NCBI GenBank assembly: GCA_013388455.1
Contig: JACAFF010000017.1
Location: 5,252 to 69,251, forward strand
Reading direction: 5' to 3'
DNA length: 64,000 bases
Origin: Nitrospirota bacterium
Lineage (GTDB): Bacteria > Nitrospirota > Thermodesulfovibrionia > Thermodesulfovibrionales > SM23-35
Notes under the pieces: generated by a model
The model's database searches: none
What the model saw: only the letters and a program-made list of their open reading frames with translations
What the model was told of the DNA's origin: nothing
Translations under genes and position numbers: made by a program
In this document: positions 50,458 through 62,124 of the stretch, in pieces
Position numbering within the stretch: position 1 is the first letter of the stretch
How the letters are laid out: each line of letters opens with the position of its first letter

Positions 50458-52238
50458 TGAGACCTCCTTAATTCATACAAAATCTTTTCTGCAACTTTTT
50501 TATTGAAGCCTTTCAATTTAGCTATTTGATTAACATCAGCACTCTTTATACTTTCTATACTACCAAAAACTCTTAAAAGTTCAAGCCTTCTCTTTATTCC
50601 TACACCCGGAATCTTCCCAAGTGGAGATAATAGAATTTTTTTGCTCCTTAATTTCCTATGATACTCTATAGCAAATCTATGAGTCTCATCTCTTATTTTT
50701 TTAAGCATTAATGCCGCTTGACTTCTATCTTCAAGGCTTATCTCTGAAGTAATTTTTGTAAGGAAAGCCCTATCTGGATGTTTTGCTATAGCAACAAGAG
50801 AAGGAGTTTTTTTTAATATATTTATATTTCTTTCAATAACCTTGCTTGCTCTTTCAAGATGCCCTTTACCTCCGTCAATAATCACAAGGTCTGGCAGAGA
50901 ACCACCGAGGTTGCCTATAATACGACTTATGATTTCTTCCATCATAGAATAATCATCAATCGTTTTTACCGATTTTACCTTCATTCTCCTGTACATATCT
51001 TTTTTGAACTCACCATCAGCCCAATAAACAAAGGCACCAACAGCCTCGTCACCTGATATAGATGAAACATCAAATGCTCCGATACTTTCAGGTTTCTTTT
51101 CGAGATATAATTTCTCCTTTATTTCTTCAAGAATTTCCTCTGTCTTCTCTATTTTCCTCGATCGCAAGACAAACTGTGCATTTTCAATTGCCATATCCAG
51201 AAGTTCCTTTTTCTTTCCCGATGTTGGCAGTATTATTTTTACCTGTTCTCCTCTACGGTGGGTCAACCACATCTCAAGTGATTCCATATCATCTGGTAAT
51301 ATTGATGTAACAATTTCTGTGGGAGGAATAATCTCCTTTGAATAAAATTGAGACAAGAAGGCGTGCATCATCTCCGAATCTGTAACATCTACATTTTTTC
51401 TGATTAAAAAATCTTTTGAACCGATCGTAATTCCTTTACGAATAAATAGCAATAGAATTACAACTTCTGTATCTTCTCTATAAAAACCAGCTATATCAAT
51501 ATCTTCAAGTTCAGGAACAATTACTTTCTGTGATAACCATACCTGTTCAATTGATTTAATTCTATCCCGCAGTTTTGCAGCATCTTCAAATTTCATCTCA
51601 TCTGAAAGATTTATCATTCTCTTCTTGAGTACTCCAATAAGATCCTTTCTTTTACCACTAAGAAAAAGTCTTACTTCGTCTATGTGTTTCATATATTCTT
51701 CCCTGCTTATATAGCCTGCACATGGCGCAAAACACCTTCCCATCTGATATTGAATACATGGTCTTATTTTCTTATCAAGAACGAACCGACAGTGCCTTAA
51801 ATAAAAATTCTTCCTGATAAAAGCAAGTGTCTCCCACATTGAGCTGGCTGGCACATATGGCCCAAAATATAATGCGCCATCCTTTTTTATCTTTCTTACA
51901 ACTTCTAATTTTGGCCATTCCTCATTTATAGTTAATTTCAGATATGGGTAGTTCTTATCATCTCTGAGAATGATATTAAATTTTGGCCTGAACTGTTTTA
52001 TGAGATTTGCTTCAAGCACAAAAGCTTCCAGCTCATTACTTGTAACGATATATGAAATATCACTCACCTCTCTCATCATAGAGACTTTACGATTGTCAAG
52101 GCTTGATGTTTGCTGAAAATAACTTCTGAGGCGGTTCTTAAGATTTTTTGCTTTTCCTACATATAGAGCTTTCTCTTTTGCATTTTTAAAAATATAGACA
52201 CCAGTATTTGGAGGTATGGTTGAGATTTTAGGCAGCAT
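50454..52238 (-). CDS. uvrC: Excinuclease ABC subunit C
   Basis: GVY..YVGKAKNL, DDKNYPY, IDGGKG, RDETHRFA, HhH. Confidence 0.96.
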   Translation of the reverse strand: MLPKISTIPPNTGVYIFKNAKEKALYVGKAKNLKNRLRSYFQQTSSLDNRKVSMMREVSDISYIVTSNELEAFVLEANLIKQFRPKFNIILRDDKNYPYLKLTINEEWPKLEVVRKIKKDGALYFGPYVPASSMWETLAFIRKNFYLRHCRFVLDKKIRPCIQYQMGRCFAPCAGYISREEYMKHIDEVRLFLSGKRKDLIGVLKKRMINLSDEMKFEDAAKLRDRIKSIEQVWLSQKVIVPELEDIDIAGFYREDTEVVILLLFIRKGITIGSKDFLIRKNVDVTDSEMMHAFLSQFYSKEIIPPTEIVTSILPDDMESLEMWLTHRRGEQVKIILPTSGKKKELLDMAIENAQFVLRSRKIEKTEEILEEIKEKLYLEKKPESIGAFDVSSISGDEAVGAFVYWADGEFKKDMYRRMKVKSVKTIDDYSMMEEIISRIIGNLGGSLPDLVIIDGGKGHLERASKVIERNINILKKTPSLVAIAKHPDRAFLTKITSEISLEDRSQAALMLKKIRDETHRFAIEYHRKLRSKKILLSPLGKIPGVGIKRRLELLRVFGSIESIKSADVNQIAKLKGFNKKVAEKILYELRRSQ

Positions 52239-52275
52239 AATAAATAATAAATTATTAAATCTTTAAACTTCTGTT

Positions 52276-53256
52276 CTATTCTGATTCTTCATTGAACATT
52301 CCTATTCGCCGGTACTTTTTATATCTCTCTTCGAGCAATTTATTAATGCTTTTTGCGCTTAACTCTTCTATAGCTGCTAAAATATATTCTATAATTTTTT
52401 TAGCCATACCTTCAGGATCTCGATGAGCACCTCCGAGAGGTTCAGGGATAATACCATCTATAATTTTGAAATTCAGCAGGTCATTTGCGGTCATCTTGAG
52501 TGTTTCTGCTGCCTTTGAAAAATCTTCAGGTCCGAGTTCTCCATTCTTCTTCCATAATATCGCTGCACAACCTTCGGGAGAAATGACAGAATAAACAGAA
52601 TGCTCGAGCATGTATATCCTATCAGCAACACTAAGTGCCAATGCTCCTCCACTTCCACCTTCACCGATAACAATAGATATAATCGGTATCCTCAGTTTCG
52701 ACATCTCTGCGAGATTCACCGCAATTGCTTCTGCCTGTCCCCTTTCCTCAGCACCAATTCCAGGGTAGGCTCCGGGTGTATCGATAAAAGTTATAACTGG
52801 CTTTTTGAATTTTTCAGCAAGCTTCATAACCCTGAGAGCTTTCCTATAACCTTCTGGATGAGGTTGCCCAAAATTTCTAAAAATCCTCTCCTTGGTACCG
52901 CGCCCTTTCTGATGTCCGATAATAATTACTGGAATGTCATTGATTTTTGCTATTCCTGCTACAATTGCAGGATCGTCAGAGAATCTCCTGTCTCCATGAA
53001 TTTCTATAAAGTCACTTGTCAAAAGGTTAATGTAATCTAATGTATAAGGTCTTTCAGGATGTCTTGCTATTAAAGTCTTTTGCCAGGGTGTAAGTGAAGA
53101 ATATATTTCGGAACATAAATCTTTTACCTTCTTTTCAAGCTTCTTGATCTCTCCTGAAATATCTATCTCTCTTCCATCTGATAACCTTTTGAGTTCTTCT
53201 ATTTTAATTTCGAGTTCTTCGAGAGGTCGTTCAAATTCAAGATAATATCTGATCAT
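52276..53256 (-). CDS. accA: Acetyl-CoA carboxylase carboxyltransferase alpha
   Basis: [30 protein letters not shown]. Confidence 0.97.
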   Translation of the reverse strand: MIRYYLEFERPLEELEIKIEELKRLSDGREIDISGEIKKLEKKVKDLCSEIYSSLTPWQKTLIARHPERPYTLDYINLLTSDFIEIHGDRRFSDDPAIVAGIAKINDIPVIIIGHQKGRGTKERIFRNFGQPHPEGYRKALRVMKLAEKFKKPVITFIDTPGAYPGIGAEERGQAEAIAVNLAEMSKLRIPIISIVIGEGGSGGALALSVADRIYMLEHSVYSVISPEGCAAILWKKNGELGPEDFSKAAETLKMTANDLLNFKIIDGIIPEPLGGAHRDPEGMAKKIIEYILAAIEELSAKSINKLLEERYKKYRRIGMFNEESE

Positions 53257-56200
53257 TGACAGAATACCGCTCCTTTACCGGTTATTTCTTCTATTTTATG
53301 AATTGTATCATTATCTGGAGATATACTGAAACCAGTTGCTATTATCGCTTCAAAATCTCTTAAATGTATTCTCAGATACAGTGGATATTTCCCCTCATTC
53401 TGCGATAACAGAATATCTCTCAGTCTGATGAGGTCTGTACTATCAGGATCAGGATTTCTCAGGCTTATTTCGACTTTATGTTTAGCTTTTGTGTCTAATG
53501 TATCTATTGTTGATATCTCCGTAGATTTAATTTTTATTCCTTTTTCTGTCTTATCAAGAGTCCCTTTTACAAGTAGAGGCAAATCTTTCTGCAATATCTG
53601 TATACATGACCTGTATAATTCAGGAAAAACAATAACTTCAACATGTCCCTCTGGGTCCTCAATGGTAACATATGCCATTATTTCTGCCTTTGATTTTGTT
53701 GGAAATTTTTTTATACCTGTCACAATACCAATTATTTTAACTTCTCTTCCATCTTCAAGATTGTCGAGAGCGGATATCTTTGTCGTCCCCATCTTTTTCA
53801 ACAGTTTATCGTATTTCGTCAATGGATGACCAGTTATATAAAAACCAAGTGCTTCCTTTTCATATTTAAGAATTTCATCTGTACTCCATTGTGCAACAAA
53901 TTCTTCAGGTTCATCTCTATATGTATCGAAAATACTCTGTTGACCAGAAAATCTTGCAGCATAAATCTTTGAACTGCCATTCAGCATTCTATTCATGTAT
54001 TCAAGAACTCTGGGTCTTGAAGTATCCAGTGAATCAAAGGCTCCAGCTTTAACAAGGCTTTCTATAACTTTTTTATTCACTCTTCTCTGGTCAACTTTTT
54101 CAAGGAAATCTGAAATTGAAGAAAAGGCTCCACCTTTATCTCTTGATTCCAATATTGAATCTATCGCTGCTGAACCAACTCCCTTGACTGCTTCAAGGCC
54201 AAAGCGTATTGAATTCCCGATCACTTTAAATTCTCTTCCGGATTGATTAATATCAGGAGGAAGTATAGATATCCCCATTTCACGACAATCTGCAATAAAT
54301 CTGACAACCTTGTCTGTATTGTCCATATCTGCAGATAGAGTAGCAGCCATAAATTCGACAGGGAAGTGTGCCTTCAGATAAGCTGTTTGATAGGCAACAT
54401 AAGCATATGCAGCAGAATGAGATTTGTTAAATCCATACTGTGCAAAAGATGCCATCAAATCGAATATAGTTATTGCCTTTTTTTCTGATATATTATTAGC
54501 TTTTGCTCCCTTAATAAATGCCTCTTTGAGCTTCTCCATCTCCTCAGGCATCTTTTTTCCCATCGCCTTTCTTAGAATATCTGCCTGTCCCATCGTAAAG
54601 TTTGCAAGTTTATTAGCTATTGTCATCACCTGCTCCTGATAGAGAATTATTCCATATGTCTCGTCAAGGATATCCTTTAATTGTGGAAGAGGATGTTTTA
54701 CTGAAATCTTTCCCTTCTTTCTTTTGATAAAGTCATCGATCATTCCACTCGCCATCGGACCAGGTCTGTGCAATGCTACGATAGCTATTAAATCCTCAAA
54801 TCTATTTGGATTGATCCTCACCAGGAGGTCTCGCATTCCCGCGCTTTCAAGCTGGAATATACCGGTTGTATTTCCTGAACTTAAAAGGTCATATGTCTTT
54901 TTATCTTCAAAAGATATATCCTTCAATGAAAATTCTTTACCATTTTCTCTGAGATACTTCAACGTCTTATCTATAACTGTGAGTGTCTTAAGTCCAAGAA
55001 AATCGAATTTGAGCAACCCGATTTTTTCAACTGAATTCATATCAAATTGGGTCATAATACTACCATCAGTAGGGTTCTTATATAGAGGCGTATACTCTGT
55101 TAAAGGCACGGGTGAAATAACAACTCCAGCAGCATGAGTTGATGCATGTCTGCAGAGCCCTTCAAGTCTTATTGCAGTATTGATGAGTTCCTGTATCCTG
55201 GAATTCGTTTCATAAAGTACCTTTAACTGAGGCTCAATCTTTAGAGTTTCTTCGATCGTAATATTTGGAGTAGCGGGAATTAGCTTTGCGATTCTATCAA
55301 CCTCTCCATATGAGAAGTCAAGCGCTCTGCCGACATCTCTAATTGCTGCCTTAGCAGCCATTGTACCAAATGTAATAATCTGTGCAACATGATCCTGTCC
55401 GTATTTTTCAGCAACATAAGATATAACTTCTGACCTCCTGTCTTTACAAAAGTCAACATCTATATCTGGCATATTTACTCTTTCAGGATTCAAGAATCTC
55501 TCAAAAAGAAGATTATATTTAACTGGATCAATATCTGTAATACCAAGAAAATATGACACAAGACTTCCCGCTGCAGAGCCTCTCCCTGGACCTACAGGAA
55601 TTCCCTTCTTTTTAGCAAAACTAATAAAATCCCAGACTATCAGGAAGTATGAAGAATAATCCATCTTCTTTATCATCTCTAACTCTCTCTTAAGTCTCTC
55701 TTTATATTCAGCAGGCGGTTCATTCCCAAGTTTAGTTTTCATTCCTTCAAAGGCAATTTTTTCCAGCAAATCATTTGCAGATTGACCGTTTGGCAGCTCA
55801 TATCGAGGAAGCAGATTAAATCCTAACTTGAATTCAACATTGCACATCTCTGCGATTAATCTCGTATTCATTATAGCTTCTGGAATATCCTTAAAAGCTT
55901 CTTTCATTTCATGTGGAGACTTAAAATAGAATCCATCCGATTGGAACTGAAGTCTTCCTTTGTCTTTGACAGTTTTACCTGTCTGTATGCAAAGAAGAAT
56001 ATCATGTGCCTTTGCATCATCCCGCCTCATATAATGACAGTCATTTGTTGCCACTACTCTTATCTGTAAATCCCTGGCAAGCTCCACCAGTTTTTTGTTC
56101 ACTTCTTCCTGTTCAGGGATTCCGTTGTGTTGTAACTCAATATAAAAATTCTCAGGGCCAAAAATCTCTTTGTATTCACATGCCTTCTCACGTGCTTTAT

Positions 56201-56672
56201 CAATCATGCCCCTCTGTAAATAAAATGGCACTTCTCCTTTCAAACATGAGGTTAACCCAATCAACCCATTACAATATTGCTTGAGAAGATCTATGTCTAT
56301 TCGCGGCTTGTAATAAAATCCCTCTGTATATGCCCTGGTTACAAGTGAAACAAGATTCCTGTATCCATGATTATCTTTTGCAAGAAGAATAAGATGAAAA
56401 GATGCTTCCTCAATATCCTGGGCAGGTCTTTTTTCAAACCGGCTTCCGGGTGCAACATATACCTCGCATCCGATTATGGGTTTTATTCCTGCTTTTGTGG
56501 TATTCCTGTAAAACTCTACCGCTCCGAATAGGTTTCCGTGGTCCGTAATAGCTACCGCTGGCATTTTATAAGTAACTGCCTGTTCTACAAGTTCCTTTAT
56601 TCTTATTGCTCCATCAAGCAGGCTATACTCAGTATGCAGATGCAGGGGAACATAATCAGAGTGTTGACGCAT
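53253..56672 (-). CDS. dnaE: DNA polymerase III alpha subunit
   Basis: [34 protein letters not shown]. Confidence 0.98.
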   Translation of the reverse strand: MRQHSDYVPLHLHTEYSLLDGAIRIKELVEQAVTYKMPAVAITDHGNLFGAVEFYRNTTKAGIKPIIGCEVYVAPGSRFEKRPAQDIEEASFHLILLAKDNHGYRNLVSLVTRAYTEGFYYKPRIDIDLLKQYCNGLIGLTSCLKGEVPFYLQRGMIDKAREKACEYKEIFGPENFYIELQHNGIPEQEEVNKKLVELARDLQIRVVATNDCHYMRRDDAKAHDILLCIQTGKTVKDKGRLQFQSDGFYFKSPHEMKEAFKDIPEAIMNTRLIAEMCNVEFKLGFNLLPRYELPNGQSANDLLEKIAFEGMKTKLGNEPPAEYKERLKRELEMIKKMDYSSYFLIVWDFISFAKKKGIPVGPGRGSAAGSLVSYFLGITDIDPVKYNLLFERFLNPERVNMPDIDVDFCKDRRSEVISYVAEKYGQDHVAQIITFGTMAAKAAIRDVGRALDFSYGEVDRIAKLIPATPNITIEETLKIEPQLKVLYETNSRIQELINTAIRLEGLCRHASTHAAGVVISPVPLTEYTPLYKNPTDGSIMTQFDMNSVEKIGLLKFDFLGLKTLTVIDKTLKYLRENGKEFSLKDISFEDKKTYDLLSSGNTTGIFQLESAGMRDLLVRINPNRFEDLIAIVALHRPGPMASGMIDDFIKRKKGKISVKHPLPQLKDILDETYGIILYQEQVMTIANKLANFTMGQADILRKAMGKKMPEEMEKLKEAFIKGAKANNISEKKAITIFDLMASFAQYGFNKSHSAAYAYVAYQTAYLKAHFPVEFMAATLSADMDNTDKVVRFIADCREMGISILPPDINQSGREFKVIGNSIRFGLEAVKGVGSAAIDSILESRDKGGAFSSISDFLEKVDQRRVNKKVIESLVKAGAFDSLDTSRPRVLEYMNRMLNGSSKIYAARFSGQQSIFDTYRDEPEEFVAQWSTDEILKYEKEALGFYITGHPLTKYDKLLKKMGTTKISALDNLEDGREVKIIGIVTGIKKFPTKSKAEIMAYVTIEDPEGHVEVIVFPELYRSCIQILQKDLPLLVKGTLDKTEKGIKIKSTEISTIDTLDTKAKHKVEISLRNPDPDSTDLIRLRDILLSQNEGKYPLYLRIHLRDFEAIIATGFSISPDNDTIHKIEEITGKGAVFCQ

Positions 56673-56727
56673 AATTATGATATTAAACTTATAAACAGGT
56701 TCAAGTCAATGTAATGGAAAACTCTTT

Positions 56728-56757
56728 TTGACACACCCTTTGAATCAAAAGTATAAT
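56728..56757 (+). promoter_or_regulatory. Consensus sigma70 promoter, probably leaderless, for PBP1A
   Basis: TTGACA-18-TATAAT-6-ATG. Confidence 0.7.
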
Positions 56758-56763
56758 TGAGCA

Positions 56764-59073
56764 ATGAGGTTTAGATACATTTTAATCATTGCAGCCTTAG
56801 CCATCATTATTGGCACTACAGTAGGAGCATACCTTGCATTCACTCATGGTATCCCATCCATTGAAGAGATTAAGGAATATAAACCTGAAGTAGGCACGAG
56901 GATATATTCAGATGATGATGTTCTTATTGGTGAACTTAAAGCTGAAAAAGGGATATTTGTACCAATCGAGAAAATACCACTGCATATGATTAACGCTGTT
57001 ATTGCTGTTGAAGACTCCAGATACTGGAAACATAAAGGTGTTGATTATCTTGCTATCTTAAGGGCATTAGTAAAAGATATCCTTTACATAGAACTGAAAG
57101 AAGGAGGAAGCACTATTACACAACAGCTTGCGAAAGTTATATTTCTAACTCCTGAGAAGACGCTGAAAAGGAAGATCAGGGAAGCGGCTCTTGCGTTCAA
57201 GATCGAAAAAAACCTCGATAAAAAGGAAATACTTGAACTCTATCTGAATAAAATCTATTTCGGCCATGGTGCTTATGGTGTTGAGATGGCATCAAAAACT
57301 TATTTCGGGAAATCAGTCAGAAATATTTCACTGTCTGAAGCTGCAGTCATAGCAGGTCTCATAAGAGCTCCTGCTATTTACTCCCCTTACAATGACATTA
57401 CAAAAGCAAGAGAACGTCAGCTTACAGTGCTTTCACGTATGGAGGACGAAGGATATATCAAAAAATCTGATAAAGATGCTGCTTTAAAACAACCCCTTTA
57501 TCTCTCAAGCACACGTAAATATATAGAAGCAAATAATTATTTTATTGAATATATAAAAAGATATCTTGAAGAAAAGTATGGTGAAGAAAAAGTCTACAAG
57601 GAAAACCTTAAAGTATATACAACTTTAGATAGAAGAGCTCAGATAATTGCTGCAAAGGCAATACAGCAGGGGCTACGGGAACTTGATAAAAGAAGAGGAT
57701 GGCGAGGTCCCATAGAGCATAAAAGTGACATCGATATTGAAAAAGAGTTGAAAATGAAAGATATTGTTAACACAGTTGTCACTAATTCCGGAGATATATC
57801 TTCTGGCCTTGTTCTCAAGGTAAGTAATAAAGAAGCGATTATTAAGACAAGGGGAATACTCGGAAAACTTTCTATAGATGATGCTAAATGGGCTTCAAAG
57901 GTTATTGACTCAAAAAGTGGCAAAGTCAAGTTCATGAAAGAATTCTCTCTAATAAATATTCTCCAGCCAGGAGATGTTGTTAAAGTTAGTATTAAAAACA
58001 GGAGCGGGGATGCTGTGCATCTCAGACTTGAACAAGAACCGGAAGTAGAAGGAGCTTTAATTGCAATTGAACAGGAAACAGGCTTTATACGTGCAATGAT
58101 CGGTGGATACGATTTCATAAAGAGCAGTTATAACAGAGCTGCTTATGCAAAAAGACAACCGGGTTCTGCATTTAAACCAATAATTTATGCTGCTGCATTG
58201 GATCATGGATTTACACCTGCAAGTATATTCATTGATGAACCAGTAACTTATCCAGGAGGTCCCGGAGGCAACTGGACCCCTGAAAACGCAGACCGTGAAT
58301 ACTACGGCCCTATTACTCTCAGAGAAGCATTGACTTATTCAAGAAATGTCGTTACAGTAAAATTAGCCGAGGAAATAGGAATACAGAATTTGATAGATTT
58401 TGCAAGGAATATGGGGATAAAAGCCGATATGCCGCATGATCTTACAATAGCATTAGGTTCTCTCAGCCTGACTCCACTCGATCTTGCACTCTCTTACTGT
58501 GTTTTTGCAAATGGTGGGATGAAAATTAATCCTATTGCAATCAAGTATATTACTGATTCAAAAGGAAGAATTATAGAAAGTAATGAACCAGAGGCAGAAG
58601 AGATTTTGAACCCCCAAACAGCATTCCTCATCACTTCAATAATGGAAGACGTGGTAAAAAAAGGCACTGGCTGGCGTGCTAAATCACTCGGAAGGCCTGT
58701 TGCTGGGAAAACAGGTACTACAAACGACTATAGAGATGCCTGGTTTGTCGGTTATTCCCCTCATCTGGTTGCTGCTGTTTGGGTAGGATTTGACGACATG
58801 AGGCCGTTGGGTCATCACGAGACAGGCGCTCAAGCAGCATCTCCTATTTGGGTATCTTTTATGAAAAATTTTCTGACAGAAGAACCAGAAGAATTTCCTA
58901 TTCCTGAAGGCATTATTAGTTGTACAATAGACCCTACAACAGGGCTTTTAGTAAAAGATGATTCAAAAGGGATGAAAGAATATTTCATAGAAGGCACTGA
59001 GCCTAAAAAATACACAGCATCACCTTCTATCCATCCGACGAAGGAAAAAAATATAAACCTTAATTTTGATTAG
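56764..59073 (+). CDS. mrcA: Class A penicillin-binding protein (PBP1A)
   Basis: EDSRY, GGSTITQQ, RKIRE, PGSAFK, SRN, KTGT. Confidence 0.93.
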   Translation: MRFRYILIIAALAIIIGTTVGAYLAFTHGIPSIEEIKEYKPEVGTRIYSDDDVLIGELKAEKGIFVPIEKIPLHMINAVIAVEDSRYWKHKGVDYLAILRALVKDILYIELKEGGSTITQQLAKVIFLTPEKTLKRKIREAALAFKIEKNLDKKEILELYLNKIYFGHGAYGVEMASKTYFGKSVRNISLSEAAVIAGLIRAPAIYSPYNDITKARERQLTVLSRMEDEGYIKKSDKDAALKQPLYLSSTRKYIEANNYFIEYIKRYLEEKYGEEKVYKENLKVYTTLDRRAQIIAAKAIQQGLRELDKRRGWRGPIEHKSDIDIEKELKMKDIVNTVVTNSGDISSGLVLKVSNKEAIIKTRGILGKLSIDDAKWASKVIDSKSGKVKFMKEFSLINILQPGDVVKVSIKNRSGDAVHLRLEQEPEVEGALIAIEQETGFIRAMIGGYDFIKSSYNRAAYAKRQPGSAFKPIIYAAALDHGFTPASIFIDEPVTYPGGPGGNWTPENADREYYGPITLREALTYSRNVVTVKLAEEIGIQNLIDFARNMGIKADMPHDLTIALGSLSLTPLDLALSYCVFANGGMKINPIAIKYITDSKGRIIESNEPEAEEILNPQTAFLITSIMEDVVKKGTGWRAKSLGRPVAGKTGTTNDYRDAWFVGYSPHLVAAVWVGFDDMRPLGHHETGAQAASPIWVSFMKNFLTEEPEEFPIPEGIISCTIDPTTGLLVKDDSKGMKEYFIEGTEPKKYTASPSIHPTKEKNINLNFD

Positions 59074-59082
59074 GAGGTAATT

Positions 59083-59376
59083 ATGAAAATTTTAATCTTT
59101 GTATTGGCAATTATAGTTTTCATGAGCACTTTCGCTTATGCAGATGAGGTAAGTTATGAAAAAGCCTTTCTATCTTATAAGAAAGGAGACTATAAAACTG
59201 CTATTAGTCTATTGAAACAATACGTAGAAAAAAAACCTGATCCTTATGCTTATTATTTGATCGGTTATGCATCTTACAAGTTAAAAAAACATAAGGAATC
59301 AGTAAAATACTTTAATGAGGCATATGTAATAGATCCAAATTTTTCTCCGCAAACTGTTTTTGTAAAGGGTGAGTAA
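59083..59376 (+). CDS. Small secreted TPR protein
   Basis: Signal peptide plus TPR-like helices; GGAGGT RBS. Confidence 0.8.
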   Translation: MKILIFVLAIIVFMSTFAYADEVSYEKAFLSYKKGDYKTAISLLKQYVEKKPDPYAYYLIGYASYKLKKHKESVKYFNEAYVIDPNFSPQTVFVKGE

Positions 59377-59396
59377 ATATTACTTTATTTTACCTC

Positions 59397-59425
59397 TTGA
59401 CTTTTCACTATTAAGCATGTAATAT
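59397..59425 (+). promoter_or_regulatory. Putative promoter of atpBE
   Basis: TTGACT-17-TAATAT. Confidence 0.5.
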
Positions 59426-59453
59426 AAGCTACTTTTTCAATCAGGAGGCACAT

Positions 59454-60146
59454 ATGGAGGGTTTACACGAGACACTATTAATGGATGCTATCATTAATCC
59501 CGAAGTAGTACCACATAATGTCAGTCATGCAATTTTAGTATCAATACTTTTAATAGTTATAGCTCTTGCTGTAAAAGGTTCTATGCGTTTGATTCCAAAA
59601 GGACTACAGAACTTTATTGAGTTAATTCTTGAGCAGATATTTAAATTGGTAGATGATACTATAGGCCACCACTGGAGCAAAACTTTATTCCCTTTTATCT
59701 GTACAATTTTTTTGTTTATTCTTCTGGCAAATCTCATGAGTTTAGTTCCTGGCTTTACTGCTGCAACCGCAAATGTCAATACAAATGCAGCTATGGCAAT
59801 CCCTGTTTTTTTACTTTACCATTTTTTTGGCTTTAAGGTTCATGGACTTAGTTATATAAATCACTTCGTCGGACCTATTCGTTCACTAAAAGGGCTTCCT
59901 CTTATGATTTTAATGTTTCCGGTAGAGGTTATTGGTCATTTTGTTCGTCCATTAACACTTACTGTCCGACTTTTTGGCAATATGACAGGAAAACATATAT
60001 TACTTCTTGTTCTCGGAATCATCGCACCATGGATAATTCCGTGTGTTATTTTAGGACTTGGTTTACTTGTTAGTGTTATTCAGGCACTTGTTTTTACACT
60101 TTTGACAATCTGCTATTTCGCTGGTGCCGTCGAAGAGGCACATTAA
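59454..60146 (+). CDS. atpB: F0F1 ATP synthase subunit a
   Basis: RPLTLTVRLFGNM, IQALVFTLL. Confidence 0.96.
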   Translation: MEGLHETLLMDAIINPEVVPHNVSHAILVSILLIVIALAVKGSMRLIPKGLQNFIELILEQIFKLVDDTIGHHWSKTLFPFICTIFLFILLANLMSLVPGFTAATANVNTNAAMAIPVFLLYHFFGFKVHGLSYINHFVGPIRSLKGLPLMILMFPVEVIGHFVRPLTLTVRLFGNMTGKHILLLVLGIIAPWIIPCVILGLGLLVSVIQALVFTLLTICYFAGAVEEAH

Positions 60147-60179
60147 TTTCATTTCTTTAATGAAAGGAGGAAGTCAGTA

Positions 60180-60539
60180 ATGAAAAAGACTGTTGTTGTT
60201 CTTCTTCTTGCCCTCACTATGATCTGGGTTACAGCTCCTTTATGTTTTGCCGAGGAGGCAGCAGCTACAGGAGCAAAAAGTTCTAATATCTTTTATTACG
60301 CTCTTGCTGCCCTTGGATGTGGTATTGCTATGGGCCTCGCTGCATTCGGTACAGGCATTGGGATGGGTACAGGTCTTGGTTCTGCTTGCGAAGGCGTTGC
60401 AAGAAATCCAGGTGCTTCCGGTAAGATCACTACAACACTCATCATCGGTCTTGCTATGATCGAGTCTCTTGCAATTTATGCTCTCGTTGTTGTCTTAATT
60501 CTCATCTTCGTGAACCCGTTTGGAAAGCTCCTTCAATAG
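60180..60539 (+). CDS. atpE: F0F1 ATP synthase subunit c
   Basis: Gly-rich helix, ARNP loop, IESLAIY. Confidence 0.96.
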   Translation: MKKTVVVLLLALTMIWVTAPLCFAEEAAATGAKSSNIFYYALAALGCGIAMGLAAFGTGIGMGTGLGSACEGVARNPGASGKITTTLIIGLAMIESLAIYALVVVLILIFVNPFGKLLQ

Positions 60540-60555
60540 TAGTACAATATAATCT

Positions 60556-60586
60556 AAAAAGGCAGACATTTTGTCTGCCTTTTTTT
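60556..60586 (+). terminator. Intrinsic (probably bidirectional) terminator
   Basis: AAAAAGGCAGACA-ttt-TGTCTGCCTTTTTTT. Confidence 0.88.
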
Positions 60587-60633
60587 GTGCCTGCCTCCAG
60601 TTAATTTATACCCAAGTCCAGCGATAACTTTGT

Positions 60634-60890
60634 TAACCCAAAAAATGCAGTTGAATAATGCAGATGTTGTGAAAAAATTTATTTTTCGATTCCTTAGTGT
60701 TCCTTTAACTAATGGGTTTACGAATATTTTTGTCCATAAAACAATTAAAATAAATCCGATAATTCATTGAGTTAAAGAAATTTTTGAGCAATGTCTGCAT
60801 TATTCGGCTTAAAGAGCTTTCTCCCAGAGCAAGCTTAGGATAGAAATAATAAACCTTTGGAATAGCGCTCGTTATGAATACTCAGGGTTA
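60634..60890. mobile_element. MITE-like element B (inverted relative to A)
   Basis: TA-ACCC...GGGT-TA ends matching both ends of element A; shared 46-bp core. Confidence 0.65.
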
Positions 60891-60901
60891 AATATTTGCT
60901 G

Positions 60902-62059
60902 CTATTTTTTATGAAAAAGTCTTTTTTTAAGAATATGACTTATTAGATAGGATGCGAGACCCCTGTGCCAGTCAAAGTCTGACTTTTTAATAAAAGGAAG
61001 AACTCCATCTCTCCTTGCAAAATCAATAATATTATCAATCTGATGATCTGAAAACTTAGAAAAAATGCTCCTCAAAATCAAACCAGACTTCAATTCGATA
61101 TCAATTTTCTTTTTCCATAAAATTTCGTATTGCTTGAATAATCGCTCACTGTAATCATTGGTTTGAAAAGCCTTATAAATAGTATCTGCAGCAATCTCGG
61201 AACAGAGCATGCCAAAATAAATACCACCTCCTGTTGTTGTCTTAACCTGACCAGCTGCTTCTCCAACAATGAGAAGCCTTTGTGCATAACTCTTAGAAAT
61301 CGAACCAAGCGGGATAGGACTGCACTTTATTTTATAGTCACTATACATCAGTCTGTCTAATATGTTAGGAGTTTGGAGAAATTTTTTTAAATACTCTAAA
61401 GGTTTATCCTTTACGATAAGTCCTATCCTGACAGTTTTTCCAGCGGTTGGCACTATCCATGCAAATGAACCTGGAGCAATATTTCTACCAAAATAAACCT
61501 CAACATCATCTATATCTTCCATTATTCCTTCTGTTTGTATTCCATAAAGATACTCAGAAGGTTTTTTTAGTGCGCTCTTTAGAGATGTAAACTCAAACCC
61601 TGTTGCAATCACTCCAACTCTCGAGGAGATTTCTTTCTCACTTTCTTCAGTCATAACACGAAGAACAAACCCTTTTTTGTCAATAATGGCTTCTTTTGCC
61701 TTAGTATTAAGGTACAAAGTTGCCCCTTCTTCCTGAGCCATACGGTTTATTTCAGTATCAAATAATTCACGTTCGATAGCATATGCAAATGGGATATCAG
61801 CCTCGTATCTCAAAAACACTCCTGATGGTGAAAATGCTTTAATTGAACGGATAGGTTTAAGGATTACATCCTTCTTAAATTGGAATTTCTTCAGGCATTC
61901 ATTGCTTATTATTCCTGTGCAGTTGATATTTTTGGCAATAACATTATTCCTTTCGATGATACCAACATCTAAACCTTTTTTAGCTAAAAGATATGCTGTA
62001 TAACTGCCTATAGGTCCTGCTCCAACAATAATAACATCATGTAAGATATCTCTTGTCAT
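60902..62059 (-). CDS. Geranylgeranyl reductase-family FAD oxidoreductase
   Basis: VIIVGAGPIG, CTGII, FAWIVP, VGEAAGQVKTTTGGGI. Confidence 0.88.
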   Translation of the reverse strand: MTRDILHDVIIVGAGPIGSYTAYLLAKKGLDVGIIERNNVIAKNINCTGIISNECLKKFQFKKDVILKPIRSIKAFSPSGVFLRYEADIPFAYAIERELFDTEINRMAQEEGATLYLNTKAKEAIIDKKGFVLRVMTEESEKEISSRVGVIATGFEFTSLKSALKKPSEYLYGIQTEGIMEDIDDVEVYFGRNIAPGSFAWIVPTAGKTVRIGLIVKDKPLEYLKKFLQTPNILDRLMYSDYKIKCSPIPLGSISKSYAQRLLIVGEAAGQVKTTTGGGIYFGMLCSEIAADTIYKAFQTNDYSERLFKQYEILWKKKIDIELKSGLILRSIFSKFSDHQIDNIIDFARRDGVLPFIKKSDFDWHRGLASYLISHILKKRLFHKK

Positions 62060-62124
62060 GATTTACTTAAAACCCTATTCATAATGATGTTTTATAGAAC
62101 CTCTTCATCGGGTTAATATAATAA

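Noticed and set aside
60585..60770. 61-aa ORF after atpE
   Set aside because: No RBS, begins in the terminator tail and lies mostly within the MITE-like element.
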